Below are positions 1 to 8,769 of a stretch of DNA of 34,192 nucleotides, in pieces. Where the stretch lies: positions 1 to 34,192 of the IMG/VR virus record IMGVR_UViG_3300032135_000036; one strand, written 5' to 3'. The position numbers were made by a program, and so were the translations under genes. The notes under the pieces are model-generated. The model ran no database searches. It was given only the letters and a program-made list of their open reading frames with translations, and was not told where the DNA came from. Source of the DNA: a virus. Taxonomy: Duplodnaviria > Caudoviricetes. The stretch's first letter is position 1. Each line of letters starts with the position of its first letter.

Positions 1-50
1 GTACCTGGCACATTTTTTAAGCATTATTTTGAAGGGGGGCATCACATTAT

Positions 51-554
51 TTAAAAAAAAATTAATATGATTTCTTTTCTTTCTTTTGTATAATATTTAT
101 ATTTTGGATACCATATAAAAAAGTTTTTATTACTCTTACTGCAGTTGCAACTCTTGCACGATGGTATTATATTATTTATTGTATACTCTCCACCTTTGCT
201 TAAAGGAATGAAGTGTTCCTGTTCTAAAGGTAACTCCTTACCACAGTATGCACATCTATTATTATAGTATTGTTTTATATTCTCCCATTGTTTCTCTGTT
301 AATGTGGTAGGTAATAAGCATTTCAATGAACGTCTACGTTGGCTTTTAATTCTTTCCCACTCTGTTTTACCTTTAGACCACTCTTTATAAAGTTTAGCTC
401 TTTCTGTCTTATGGCTTATATTGTATGTCTTATCACTCGATGCTATCTTCTCTCTATTGTTTTGCCTATATATTCTCTTTCTTTCAATTTCTTTATCTCT
501 ATTCTTATCATAATAATCTTTACTCTTTAATGCAGCTATTACTTTATCTAACAC
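51..554 (-). CDS. HNH endonuclease (free-standing, long basic N-terminal helix)
   Basis: CAYCG...EQEHFIPLSKGGEYTINNIIPSCKSCNCSK is an HNH/zinc motif. Confidence 0.85.
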   Translation of the reverse strand: MLDKVIAALKSKDYYDKNRDKEIERKRIYRQNNREKIASSDKTYNISHKTERAKLYKEWSKGKTEWERIKSQRRRSLKCLLPTTLTEKQWENIKQYYNNRCAYCGKELPLEQEHFIPLSKGGEYTINNIIPSCKSCNCSKSNKNFFIWYPKYKYYTKERKEIILIFF

Positions 555-844
555 TCAATCACCTCGCCCTTATCATTAAAGCTTAGTCCTTTTCTTATAA
601 CTATATCGTGACTACTCATGTGTTCTCTGTTGTGGCAATCTATACATAGATACTCTAACTCATTCCAGTTGAGTGTTATATCCATATCATTAATGTTCTT
701 AGGTGTTAGTAGTATCTTATGATGCACTATGTAACCAGGACTACCACATCTATTACATAACCCATACACTGATTGTATGAATCCCTCTCTACATTTCAAC
801 CATGCTCTGCTCTTATAAAACTTAATAGCAAACTCTTTAGCCAT
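548..844 (-). CDS. HNH endonuclease, terminase-associated (HK97 gp74-like)
   Basis: FYKSRAW..CR, CNRC, VHHK, LEYLCIDCHNREH; lies just upstream of terS across the window junction. Confidence 0.85.
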   Translation of the reverse strand: MAKEFAIKFYKSRAWLKCREGFIQSVYGLCNRCGSPGYIVHHKILLTPKNINDMDITLNWNELEYLCIDCHNREHMSSHDIVIRKGLSFNDKGEVIEC

Positions 845-1071
845 TTAATAACATACTCTCATAATATTTTCTAATGATTGTTAATAGATCATTATCAATT
901 GCTATTATTGATTTATCTTCAGGATCATATAAACATATATTTGTATTAGTATTATTCAATCTATTTACTATCTTCTTTATTATTTCATCCATTCTATTCT
1001 CCTTAAATTTATATAAAAGATTGTGAAAAACTTGAATAAGTCGATGCTTAATGTTCGTGTTTTGTCTTTTA

Positions 1072-1178
1072 AGTTAGACATATCTATATATTCTGTAAAA
1101 CTATGCTTAATTTTTTTCTACTTAATATAGGCTTCTATTTTTATTCTTTCTGTTTTACGTCAACCAAATGAGTAAAAC
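1072..1178. promoter_or_regulatory. Putative recombinase binding/resolution site downstream of the tyrosine recombinase
   Basis: Imperfect inverted repeat AGTTAGACATAT-CTATATA-TTCTGTAAAACT (1072-1102) and a related GTTTTAC-N13-GTAAAAC (1152-1178). Confidence 0.45.
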
Positions 1179-1201
1179 TAACCGCTAAAAAATATAATTC
1201 A

Positions 1202-1759
1202 TTATTTTCTTCTATATGATAAACCTTTTACTAAGTTGTCTTTGCTGTCCTGTGTTATTCCTATATATCTTCTTGTTACAGAAATATCACCATGATTTAA
1301 TAAATCTTTTATAGCTACAATATCTTTACTTTCTTTATATAACCAATACCCAAATGTTTTTCTTAATGTATGACAACCTATATTTTCTTTATATTTAAAA
1401 AATAATGCTGCTTCGTTTAGTATTTGCCACACACGTTGCCTTGTTATTGGTTTATTTTTACCTTGTCTACTTTGAAACAATAACTCATAGTCTTTCATAT
1501 CTTTTGTATACTCTTTATATATTACTTTTAATTCAGTGTTTATGGCTATTCTAGCTTCTTTATTCGTTTTACTTTCTCTAAAATAAATATAATCTTTATT
1601 TTTTACATCTCTAACTTTAAATTTCAACATATCTGATATTCTTCTACCCAGGTATATCCCTGTCTCAAATAAAACATAATCCCTATAATTTTTAGATTTT
1701 AAATAATCTTCAATATCTAAAATCAAATCTTGATTTCTTATCGGTTCAACGGTGTTCAA
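1202..1759 (-). CDS. Small tyrosine recombinase (catalytic domain only)
   Basis: Catalytic set R (GRRISD), K (ESKTNK), HxxR (HTLRK), H (LNHG), Y (TRRYIG); 185 aa with no arm-binding or SAM domain. Confidence 0.92.
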   Translation of the reverse strand: MNTVEPIRNQDLILDIEDYLKSKNYRDYVLFETGIYLGRRISDMLKFKVRDVKNKDYIYFRESKTNKEARIAINTELKVIYKEYTKDMKDYELLFQSRQGKNKPITRQRVWQILNEAALFFKYKENIGCHTLRKTFGYWLYKESKDIVAIKDLLNHGDISVTRRYIGITQDSKDNLVKGLSYRRK

Positions 1760-1875
1760 TTTATCTCACCATCCTAAGTATGTGAGAATCAAGTGTAACG
1801 CTTAGTATATAATCCCTGTTGAATTTACATCTATTAATCACACTTTTACCCCCTTTTAATTTTTGAGTATAGGAA

Positions 1876-1903
1876 AAGGCACTGGATTAGGTCCAATGCC
1901 TTT
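1876..1903 (-). terminator. Intrinsic terminator-like hairpin
   Basis: AAAGGCAcTGGA-ttagg-TCCAaTGCCTTT stem downstream of 1970..2416. Confidence 0.55.
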
Positions 1904-1969
1904 CTACATTTCTCGTTATACATACTATAATCTAATAAAACAGACAAAACATGACATTTTAAAAATATA

Positions 1970-2416
1970 TTAATTTATTTTTTCTTTTTTCATTTTTTTA
2001 ACTTTAGCAATAGCTCTGCTTACTGTCCTATCACTTATATTTAATCTTTGGGATATTTGTATAATATTTAATTCATCCACTTCTTTTAACTTAATAATTT
2101 TATAGTGTAATCCTGTCAATGATCTTAATTTAATATTCATTCGTTCCTTTTGTTGCAGCATACCTTTCAACATTATTTCTTCTCTTTCCAGCCTTACATC
2201 TATTCTATTTATTCTAGGTATAAGTCTTTCAAGTGTTGTAAAGTCCTTGCTACCATGTGGCATATCACTGTAAGTTTGAGCTTTTAGTTCGCCTGGTGCT
2301 TTAAGCAATAACTCTAAACTTTTCTTTTCATTTTTAAGTCTTGATATGTTCATAGTTGCAATATCTATATCTATACATAAATCTTTATAAGTATTAATAG
2401 CGTAAATAATAACCAT
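1970..2416 (-). CDS. Late transcriptional regulator (ArpU/RinA/DUF1492-like, C-terminal HTH)
   Basis: Y-S-D-M-P-H-G motif, C-terminal IIQISQRLNISDRTVSR HTH, position at the end of the early operon. Confidence 0.7.
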   Translation of the reverse strand: MVIIYAINTYKDLCIDIDIATMNISRLKNEKKSLELLLKAPGELKAQTYSDMPHGSKDFTTLERLIPRINRIDVRLEREEIMLKGMLQQKERMNIKLRSLTGLHYKIIKLKEVDELNIIQISQRLNISDRTVSRAIAKVKKMKKEKIN

Positions 2417-2707
2417 CCCCTTAATTTTGTTTTCTTTAGATTTTCTTGTATTAACTAAGAGATATATGTGATATAATATAAATATCTCTTAGTTGAGATA
2501 TGAGAGGGCTGAATGTTATCTAGGCGAGCGGTCCTTCTTTTTATTTTTTGTAATTATCAGATCAGGCCTATCTAGTTCCATTTCCATTTTCTCTAAATCT
2601 TTATCTGCATCAGCTCCAACCTTTACACAACACCACATTAAAAAAGTTACAGCTACTATTATTAATCAAATTATTATTTTCATTATTTGCCTACTCTTTC
2701 TATGGCC

Positions 2708-3277
2708 TTAATTAGCCATACTTTTTTTGAATGTTTTTTTAGCTGCATCCATTCTCATACATATCGTTGACATGCTTATACCTAATATTTTTGATATTTC
2801 CCTGTGTTTTTTTCCACTCATACACAAACTTATTGTTTCTTTTTGTTTTTGTGTGATCTTATTAATAAAATTAGTAAAACAACTCTTTAAAATCATATTT
2901 TCCTCAATATTCACATCTGCTTCCAATGAATCCAAGATTGAAAGTTCTACTCCATTATCGTAAGTCATTATTCTATCCGCACATACTACTTCTATGCCAC
3001 TTCTTTTCTTTCTGTTGTTATATGTTATTTCATGCATTAGCTCATTTAATATCGCTTTTTTAGCCAGCATAACAAAGCTTATTGTAGTTGTGGAATCATA
3101 TTTTTTATAAGCGTTCCATAGTGCGATTGTTGCCACTTGGTATTTATCGTCATACTCCATTCTCAAATTATTAAAACTATAAATTATATTTTTTATTAAT
3201 GGCTTATACATTACTAATACTTCTTCAAATTCTAAATTTATTTCATTGCCTTTGTCTATTATTATTAATTTTCCCAT
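2708..3277 (-). CDS. Sigma-70 family RNA polymerase sigma factor (regions 2 and 4)
   Basis: YKPLIK...DDKYQVATIALWNAYKKYD...SF region 2; GKKHREISKILGIS region 4 HTH. Confidence 0.85.
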   Translation of the reverse strand: MGKLIIIDKGNEINLEFEEVLVMYKPLIKNIIYSFNNLRMEYDDKYQVATIALWNAYKKYDSTTTISFVMLAKKAILNELMHEITYNNRKKRSGIEVVCADRIMTYDNGVELSILDSLEADVNIEENMILKSCFTNFINKITQKQKETISLCMSGKKHREISKILGISMSTICMRMDAAKKTFKKSMAN

Positions 3278-3412
3278 TATGCCCCCAGCCCCTATCTATA
3301 TTTTTATAAGGATTAACTAACCCTCTTTTCATTCCTCAACCATAGCAAAAACCACATTGAGTGCATCTGTTATTTTCCATTCTACCGCCACACATAGGAC
3401 ATTCCATTTTAT

Positions 3413-3685
3413 TCACTTCCTATTGTAATATTTTTGCTTTAGTCTAATAGTTTTAAAGTTATTAAATTCCTGTTCTGTTGTTACTCTTTGCATTGCTATA
3501 TAAAAATAATTTGTACTAGGTCGAATCTTCTTATAAAATAATTTAATTAAACCTATAGCACCTGAATATTTTCTAAAATGACTATGAAAACTATAACTAT
3601 TATTTTTCCTAATTACTACATAGTCGCAAGATCTAATAATTTTAAATTCTTTATCCTCAAATAATATTTTATTGTTATCGAACAT
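3413..3685 (-). CDS. Hypothetical protein
   Basis: ORF with AAGGAGG RBS. Confidence 0.6.
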   Translation of the reverse strand: MFDNNKILFEDKEFKIIRSCDYVVIRKNNSYSFHSHFRKYSGAIGLIKLFYKKIRPSTNYFYIAMQRVTTEQEFNNFKTIRLKQKYYNRK

Positions 3686-3705
3686 TTAAAACCTCCTTTT
3701 TTATT

Positions 3706-3727
3706 GCGCCATATTTTTGAAGTGCGA
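3706..3727 (-). repeat. 22-bp cassette-boundary site (TCGCACT-TCAAAAAT-ATGGCGC)
   Basis: Family member; 8 nt after the stop of 3736..3999 and just before the next RBS. Confidence 0.75.
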
Positions 3728-4342
3728 CATATCCTTTATTGACAATCTACCCTATAACTCATTACATAACTGTAATCTGATTTTAATGTATTTACTGCGT
3801 TTTTAGTTTCCCAAAACCATTTGCTTTTAGGATTAAAATTATCTTCTACACAGCTTCTTAGTGTTACCACTACTTTGTTTTTCCTGTTTAACATCTGGAA
3901 TTTAATCCATATTCCATTTTTAATCCATTTGATATTATAATATTTTAGTTGCTCCATAATTTCTTTTAGTTGTTTTTCCATTCTTTTCTCCTTTTCCAAT
4001 CACCATATTCACAAACTGAAAAACAGGCCACTAATATGATTAATATTCCTATAATTAAACCTCTAATTATGGCCATTTATTTTAATCTCCTTTACATCAA
4101 TAAATTCATGCCAAACCTCTTTTTTAATCCAATGCCTGCAATTTATACAATTATTTTTACTACAAGTTTTATTATCTTTACCAATTTTACAAACCAGTTT
4201 TTCTACCATAACTCCTGAACTCATTATTCACCCTCTATTTCTTAACTCTTTTATTTCTTCCCTTAATCCCTCTTGTACGGTAAATGTATTCCTTTATCAA
4301 ACATTTCTTTAGTTGTCATTTTATATCACTCCTTCGCCCTTT
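3728..4342 (-). repeat. Internally deleted duplicate of 15082..16228
   Basis: Four collinear blocks match by eye: 3728-3981/15082-15335, 4116-4243/15346-15473, 4234-4287/15643-15696, 4285-4342/16171-16228. Confidence 0.9.
3736..3999 (-). CDS. Hypothetical protein, paralog of 15090..15344
   Basis: Near-identical protein (MEKQL.EIMEQLKYYNIKW...SYRVDCQ). Confidence 0.75.
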   Translation of the reverse strand: MEKEKRMEKQLKEIMEQLKYYNIKWIKNGIWIKFQMLNRKNKVVVTLRSCVEDNFNPKSKWFWETKNAVNTLKSDYSYVMSYRVDCQ

Positions 4343-4373
4343 TTTCAAATAGTTCATATATTTGAAATACACA

Positions 4374-4463
4374 TTACGCACAATTAGTTTTCCCACACCT
4401 CTTACATACTCTACATACTTGATTTCTGTGTCTGCAAAAGAATTGTTTAAAGAATTTTTTCAT
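4374..4463 (-). CDS. 29-aa Cys-rich peptide (MKKFFKQFFCRH...CKRCGK)
   Basis: AGGAGG RBS; C-x-H...CxxC; flanked by degenerate 22-bp sites at 4351-4372 and 4490-4511; below the ORF track cutoff. Confidence 0.5.
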   Translation of the reverse strand: MKKFFKQFFCRHRNQVCRVCKRCGKTNCA

Positions 4464-4518
4464 AATTTCCTCCTACGTACTCTTCTCATAGTTCCTGTTT
4501 TTGAAGTATGAATTTAAA

Positions 4519-4692
4519 CTATTTTACATTACTTACTTTTTTACCTAAATCATCACCAAAAGCTATCAACTCATTTGCAAAATCGGACGTACCTACTTGT
4601 TGTAATCCTCTCATTCCCTTTGCTCCATACAACATAAATTTAACCATAAATCTTATAACTAAATACATAAATATTAATTGAGTTTTTTTCAT
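4519..4692 (-). CDS. 57-aa hypothetical protein with hydrophobic N-terminus
   Basis: AAAGGAG RBS, open frame MKKTQLILFMYLVIRF...; between sites 4710-4731 and 4490-4511. Confidence 0.55.
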   Translation of the reverse strand: MKKTQLIFMYLVIRFMVKFMLYGAKGMRGLQQVGTSDFANELIAFGDDLGKKVSNVK

Positions 4693-4709
4693 TTATTTTC
4701 TCCTTTCAT

Positions 4710-4731
4710 TCGTCATATAATCATATTCTGT
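4710..4731 (-). repeat. 22-bp cassette-boundary site (ACAGAAT-ATGATTAT-ATGACGA)
   Basis: 2 nt after the stop of 4734..4961. Confidence 0.65.
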
Positions 4732-4733
4732 TA

Positions 4734-4961
4734 TTAAAGTGGTTTTACTGTTTTCTTTAATTTATTCATTATCCTCTTGATGATTTTGTCATTTTCAGTA
4801 TCTGTAATACAGTTTCCAAAGAGTAAATTAAGCCTTGCATTATTTAACCTCTTGAATTGTTCTATAGCTTTTTCAGTAGCTACTAATCCTTGTTCTTCTA
4901 GTTGCTTTTCTACTGCAAGTGCTAATGCTCCAAAATGTATACCCATCTTTATTTTTCCCAT
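4734..4961 (-). CDS. Hypothetical protein (single-gene cassette)
   Basis: AAGGAGG RBS; bounded by sites on both sides. Confidence 0.65.
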   Translation of the reverse strand: MGKIKMGIHFGALALAVEKQLEEQGLVATEKAIEQFKRLNNARLNLLFGNCITDTENDKIIKRIMNKLKKTVKPL

Positions 4962-4980
4962 GTTAATACCTCCTTTTGCC

Positions 4981-5002
4981 TCGTCTTATTTAGCAATTGC
5001 GA
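4981..5002 (-). repeat. 22-bp cassette-boundary site (TCGCAAT-TGCTAAAT-AAGACGA)
   Basis: 1 nt after a TAA (5004-5006) and just upstream of the next RBS. Confidence 0.7.
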
Positions 5003-5170
5003 CTTAACTCTTATTTGAATGTTTTTCGTTTTTACACTTTCTACACACTTCTACAACGCGAGTGCAATGATGATCTGCAAACTCTAATAATTCTTCAAAA
5101 GGTGGAAATATTAAATCTTTACACCATGCACATACGTGAGCTGGTATTCTTATATTAGGATCTATTTTAT

Positions 5171-5560
5171 CTAAAATGGGATCTCACCATCCTCTATAGG
5201 TGTTACTCCGTTTGCATCTACTGGTGTAGTATCTTTAGATTTACTGGCCCATTCTATAAAATTAACTTCGTCTGCTATTATTTCAGTTACATATTTTCTA
5301 TTACCATCTTTAGCTTCATAGTTTCTAGTTTGAATGCTACCTGATACACTTAGTAGCTTTCCTTTTGCTGTATAATTCGCACACGCTTCTGCGCTCTTCC
5401 CAAATACTACTACTGGCATGAAATCTGCTTCAGGTTGTCCTTCTCTCTTAAATCGTCTATTTACTGCTATTGTAAATGTTGTTACTGCTGTTCCTGTTCC
5501 TTGTGCAAACTTTAGTTCAGGATCCTTTGTTGGTCTGCCTACTAAATTTACTTTATTCAT
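5171..5560 (-). CDS. ssb: Single-stranded DNA-binding protein
   Basis: MNKVNLVGR.TKDPEL...FTIAVNR, acidic C-terminus ending in IPF. Confidence 0.96.
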   Translation of the reverse strand: MNKVNLVGRPTKDPELKFAQGTGTAVTTFTIAVNRRFKREGQPEADFMPVVVFGKSAEACANYTAKGKLLSVSGSIQTRNYEAKDGNRKYVTEIIADEVNFIEWASKSKDTTPVDANGVTPIEDGEIPF

Positions 5561-5565
5561 TATAA

Positions 5566-5898
5566 TTACCTCGCTTTTTTTATTTTATTATTTTTAATAG
5601 CACCTCTAGCCCTAAGTTTTATACCACATTCGGATAAGCATTTACCCACTGTTTTTGGTGCAATACCGTATATTTTACCTATTTTTATCGTACTTAGATT
5701 TTCTATTAAATACATTTCTTTTATGCTCTGTATATTTTCTAAAATTTTCTTTTGCGTTTTTTTATTTCCACTACCAGCCATTTTAGGTATTTTTATTGGA
5801 ATATTCATTTTTTTCAATGATAGTTCTGGTGATAAATTATTATTCAATATACAAGCTATAAGCGCACCATAGTGTAAATCTAACTCATTAACTATCAT
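5566..5898 (-). CDS. Hypothetical protein with C-terminal HTH
   Basis: MY..ENLST.KIGKIYGIAPKTV..CL pattern. Confidence 0.55.
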   Translation of the reverse strand: MIVNELDLHYGALIACILNNNLSPELSLKKMNIPIKIPKMAGSGNKKTQKKILENIQSIKEMYLIENLSTIKIGKIYGIAPKTVGKCLSECGIKLRARGAIKNNKIKKAR

Positions 5899-6055
5899 CG
5901 CAATTTACTTTTAATAAGTGTTTCAATAATTATTGCAAGTTCTGTTTTTACGGATGAATTGTACCATTCTGCTCTTTCTTCTCCAGTGCTATCCCTAATA
6001 TCTTTGTTTATTAATTTCCCATTTTTATTTTTAAATTTAATAAATATTTGGTCCA

Positions 6056-6400
6056 TTAATATCCCTCCCTTTGTCTTTTTATATTTTCCGCATATTTTTT
6101 ATGATAAGCTTCTTCAATTTCTAATGGTGTAAATTCCATTGTATTTCCTATACTAAGGACAAAATGAAGTATATCTGCATATTCATCGAGTAGTCTTTCC
6201 CTACTCTCTTGTGGCTTATTTGACCAATATTTAAAACACCTAGTAGCATTTGCAAATTCTCCTACCTCCGTAAAAAGTGCTATTATCCTGTCATTTAAAA
6301 ACATTTTGTTGTTGCCATCAATATTTCCATCAGTTGCTTTAGCTACAATAAGTTCATCTAGTTCATTTTGTAGTTCATATAATTTTTCTAAAGTAATCAT
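6056..6400 (-). CDS. Dimeric dUTPase / MazG-like nucleotide pyrophosphatase
   Basis: ALFTEVGEFANATRCFKYWS, EYADILHF, YHKKYAENIKRQ..GY motifs. Confidence 0.9.
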   Translation of the reverse strand: MITLEKLYELQNELDELIVAKATDGNIDGNNKMFLNDRIIALFTEVGEFANATRCFKYWSNKPQESRERLLDEYADILHFVLSIGNTMEFTPLEIEEAYHKKYAENIKRQREGY

Positions 6401-6737
6401 TTTAATTCCCCCTTTTATCTTGTCTAAGGCGTGTCCTTATCTTGCAAGCATTATTAAATGTGTATTGACTTGCTTCTTTTTTTCCTGCTACGGATAATTT
6501 ATCCCTATACTTAAAATAATTTAGAGTGGCATTAACTTTTTCTTCTATGCTCAACACCTCAAAATTCATAATTTTATCTCCTTTTTTTTAAAATATTATA
6601 GGTCCATAAACTTAATTTCTGCATTTTAAACTCTCCATTATTTTTATATCTAGTAACTGCCATCATTTCAAGTGTAAATTTAATTAGCTTGTCTACTTCC
6701 TCTGCTATTTCTTCTTTTGTCCATAAGTCTTTATCAC

Positions 6738-7556
6738 TCATTTAACTATTCCTTTTAGCCTATAATTATTTTCTCTTCCCTCTATTTGTACCGTATACTC
6801 TTTACACATTTGTAATATTCTACTTCCTACCGCTTCATCAAAATCTAAAAGCTTATCTGCTGAAAATTCACTTGATACAATAACTGGAGAATGATTTAAA
6901 TATCTATGATTTATAATCTCGAACATTATATTTATATCTGATTCTGTTACTTTGCCTTTAAATAGATCATCTATAAGCAATATTTTTGCATTTTTATATT
7001 TGTTTAATTCTTTTTGATAATATTCTTCGTCTATCATATTTTGCTTTATTTTAGTTATTACATCTCTATAAGGCATATAGACTACTGATATATCCTTTTT
7101 TAAAAAATTAACTGCTAGCGCTATGCTTAAATGAGTTTTTCCACTACCTACTTGTCCTATAAATGCTATTGAATTGCTTCTTTCAGTTTTTATAGTTTCA
7201 AAGTTTTTATAGTATTTAATTGCAATTTCTTTTGCTTGTATTGATGATTTATTCCAGGCTATATAAGTAGTAAATGTTTGTTTTGCTTGTTCTGTATCAA
7301 TACCTGCTGCATCCCACATCTTTTTAGCTTTCTGTAGCTCATAACATTTACATCTTCTCATTAGTGGTTGATTTTCAGTGCTTACATCAATCCATGAAGT
7401 ATCTTTACATATTTCGCATTTATATGAGGTCAAGGTCTGCGATTTCTGATTCAGTAAGTTTGCTTCCTGTTGATTCTCCTGGCTTGTAATCAGACCATTT
7501 TCCCTTACTTTTTTCATTATTCTGCTTATAGAATCCATTTCCATTGTTATTAACAC
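6738..7556 (-). CDS. DnaC/IstB-like AAA+ helicase loader
   Basis: CxxC/CxC zinc motifs, Walker A GQVGSGKT, Walker B LLIDDL; follows the initiator. Start may be at 7544 or 7538. Confidence 0.92.
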   Translation of the reverse strand: MLITMEMDSISRIMKKVRENGLITSQENQQEANLLNQKSQTLTSYKCEICKDTSWIDVSTENQPLMRRCKCYELQKAKKMWDAAGIDTEQAKQTFTTYIAWNKSSIQAKEIAIKYYKNFETIKTERSNSIAFIGQVGSGKTHLSIALAVNFLKKDISVVYMPYRDVITKIKQNMIDEEYYQKELNKYKNAKILLIDDLFKGKVTESDINIMFEIINHRYLNHSPVIVSSEFSADKLLDFDEAVGSRILQMCKEYTVQIEGRENNYRLKGIVK

Positions 7557-8250
7557 CCTCTTTTTTTAGTGGGAATACTCCTTGATAGCAGTTCATAATA
7601 CTTTGGTTTAATATTTCAATCTTTTCATTATCGTTAGCAGCTAACTTATTTAATTTATCAATTGTTAATGTTAATGCTCTGTCTGTTAGAGGTTTTTTTA
7701 TTTTACTTCTCATTTCTTTAAATTCATTTAACGCTTGTATTAATAATTTATTTTCTATAGTGTTATTATCTTTAATTTCTTTTTCTTTACTTTTCTTTAC
7801 TTTACTTTTCTTTACTTTACTAGCGATGATTTGCGATGGCGATGTGATCGCACTGTTATCGCACTGCGATGATTCTGCGATACTAAGTTGATTATTCCAC
7901 CTTACTTCATTACCTTTTTTACCTGCTATACTCTTTTTCAACCTATAATTTTCTAAATATTCCATTCTTTCCATAAGACTTATTGAAAAGAAAAATTCAT
8001 CCTCTGTAAATTGGAATAATTTATAGTTTTTAACTACTGTTTCTACCTTTTGAGCTGTTGAATTATATCTGCGTGCTAATGCTGCTAGTAAGGATAATGG
8101 ATATTTATAATCAGGTTGATCTCTTAACGTTTCTACTAACATCCAAAATATTCCGTACCCTTCAAGCCCTAACTGTTCTATAAGCAATACACACTTTGGA
8201 TCATCTTTTGAATTACTGTCATGACTAAAATAGTAAGCATCTTTTTTCAT
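7420..8250 (-). CDS. Phage replication initiator (DUF4373/Lin1244-like)
   Basis: MKKDAYYFSHDSN..DD..K...GLEGYGIFW N-terminus; GGAGG RBS before ATG at 8250; upstream of the loader. Confidence 0.85.
   Translation of the reverse strand: MKKDAYYFSHDSNSKDDPKCVLLIEQLGLEGYGIFWMLVETLRDQPDYKYPLSLLAALARRYNSTAQKVETVVKNYKLFQFTEDEFFFSISLMERMEYLENYRLKKSIAGKKGNEVRWNNQLSIAESSQCDNSAITSPSQIIASKVKKSKVKKSKEKEIKDNNTIENKLLIQALNEFKEMRSKIKKPLTDRALTLTIDKLNKLAANDNEKIEILNQSIMNCYQGVFPLKKEGVNNNGNGFYKQNNEKSKGKWSDYKPGESTGSKLTESEIADLDLI
7822..7882. repeat. ATCGC(A)/GCGAT repeat cluster, probable lytic origin iterons within the initiator gene
   Basis: About 7 GCGAT/ATCGC copies in both orientations next to an A/T-skewed tract (7770-7820). 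Confidence 0.6.
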
Positions 8251-8322
8251 TTGAACCTCCGTATCTGTTAACAAAATTTTATTTGTTAAAATATTTGGCA
8301 TTAAATAATTTGTCTATTTACT

Positions 8323-8344
8323 GCGCCATATCTTAGTATTATGA
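8323..8344 (-). repeat. 22-bp cassette-boundary site (TCATAAT-ACTAAGAT-ATGGCGC)
   Basis: Left arm contains the TAA stop of 8339..8728. Confidence 0.7.
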
Positions 8345-8728
8345 AATAACTATTTTTAGTTTTTCTATAGCTTCTAGTGATAAATCTAACACCCATTCAT
8401 GCCCACATTCATCGCATTCTAACTCTATACTTTGTCCATCATCGTTATAATCGTATTTACTATGGTTATATCCCTTACATTTAGGGCATTCCATTAAATC
8501 AGTATTTGCTAAATCATCATCTAAATTTCCTAATTCTATTTCAGACTTATCACTATATAAATCCATGAATACAAGGCATCTTTCGCATAAATAATAATTA
8601 TCAAAATCACCCTCGTAAGTTCCGACTTCATTATTGCATTTGCTGCCAATTGGAATAATTCCACTGCAATATGCACATCTGTGTAATTTTCTAGTTTTCT
8701 TTATTTTTTTACTTTCCCAAAAGCTCAT
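8339..8728 (-). CDS. Multi-CxxC zinc-finger protein
   Basis: CAYC, CERC, CPKC, CDECGH. Confidence 0.7.
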   Translation of the reverse strand: MSFWESKKIKKTRKLHRCAYCSGIIPIGSKCNNEVGTYEGDFDNYYLCERCLVFMDLYSDKSEIELGNLDDDLANTDLMECPKCKGYNHSKYDYNDDGQSIELECDECGHEWVLDLSLEAIEKLKIVIS

Positions 8729-8745
8729 AATTTCTTATATCTCCT

Positions 8746-8767
8746 TCGCCATATTTTTATATTGTGT
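8746..8767 (-). repeat. 22-bp cassette-boundary site (ACACAAT-ATAAAAAT-ATGGCGA)
   Basis: 2 nt after the methyltransferase stop; right arm runs into the next AAGGAG RBS. Confidence 0.75.
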
Positions 8768-8769
8768 AA

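Noticed and set aside
1202-1759. Recombinase as the canonical prophage integrase
   Set aside because: Lacks N-terminal arm/core-binding domains, is far from the immunity module, and no attP arm repeats were seen.
4000-4021. Additional possible cassette sites at 4000-4021 and 5898-5919
   Set aside because: Only partial matches in AT-rich DNA; cannot be separated from chance without a PWM.
5004-5170. Cys-rich open frame downstream of ssb ending at site 4981
   Set aside because: No canonical start codon or RBS found, so not called as a CDS.
6423-6435. TCTAAGGC(G/A)TGTC shared with 14479-14491
   Set aside because: Single 13-bp near-match with no supporting context.
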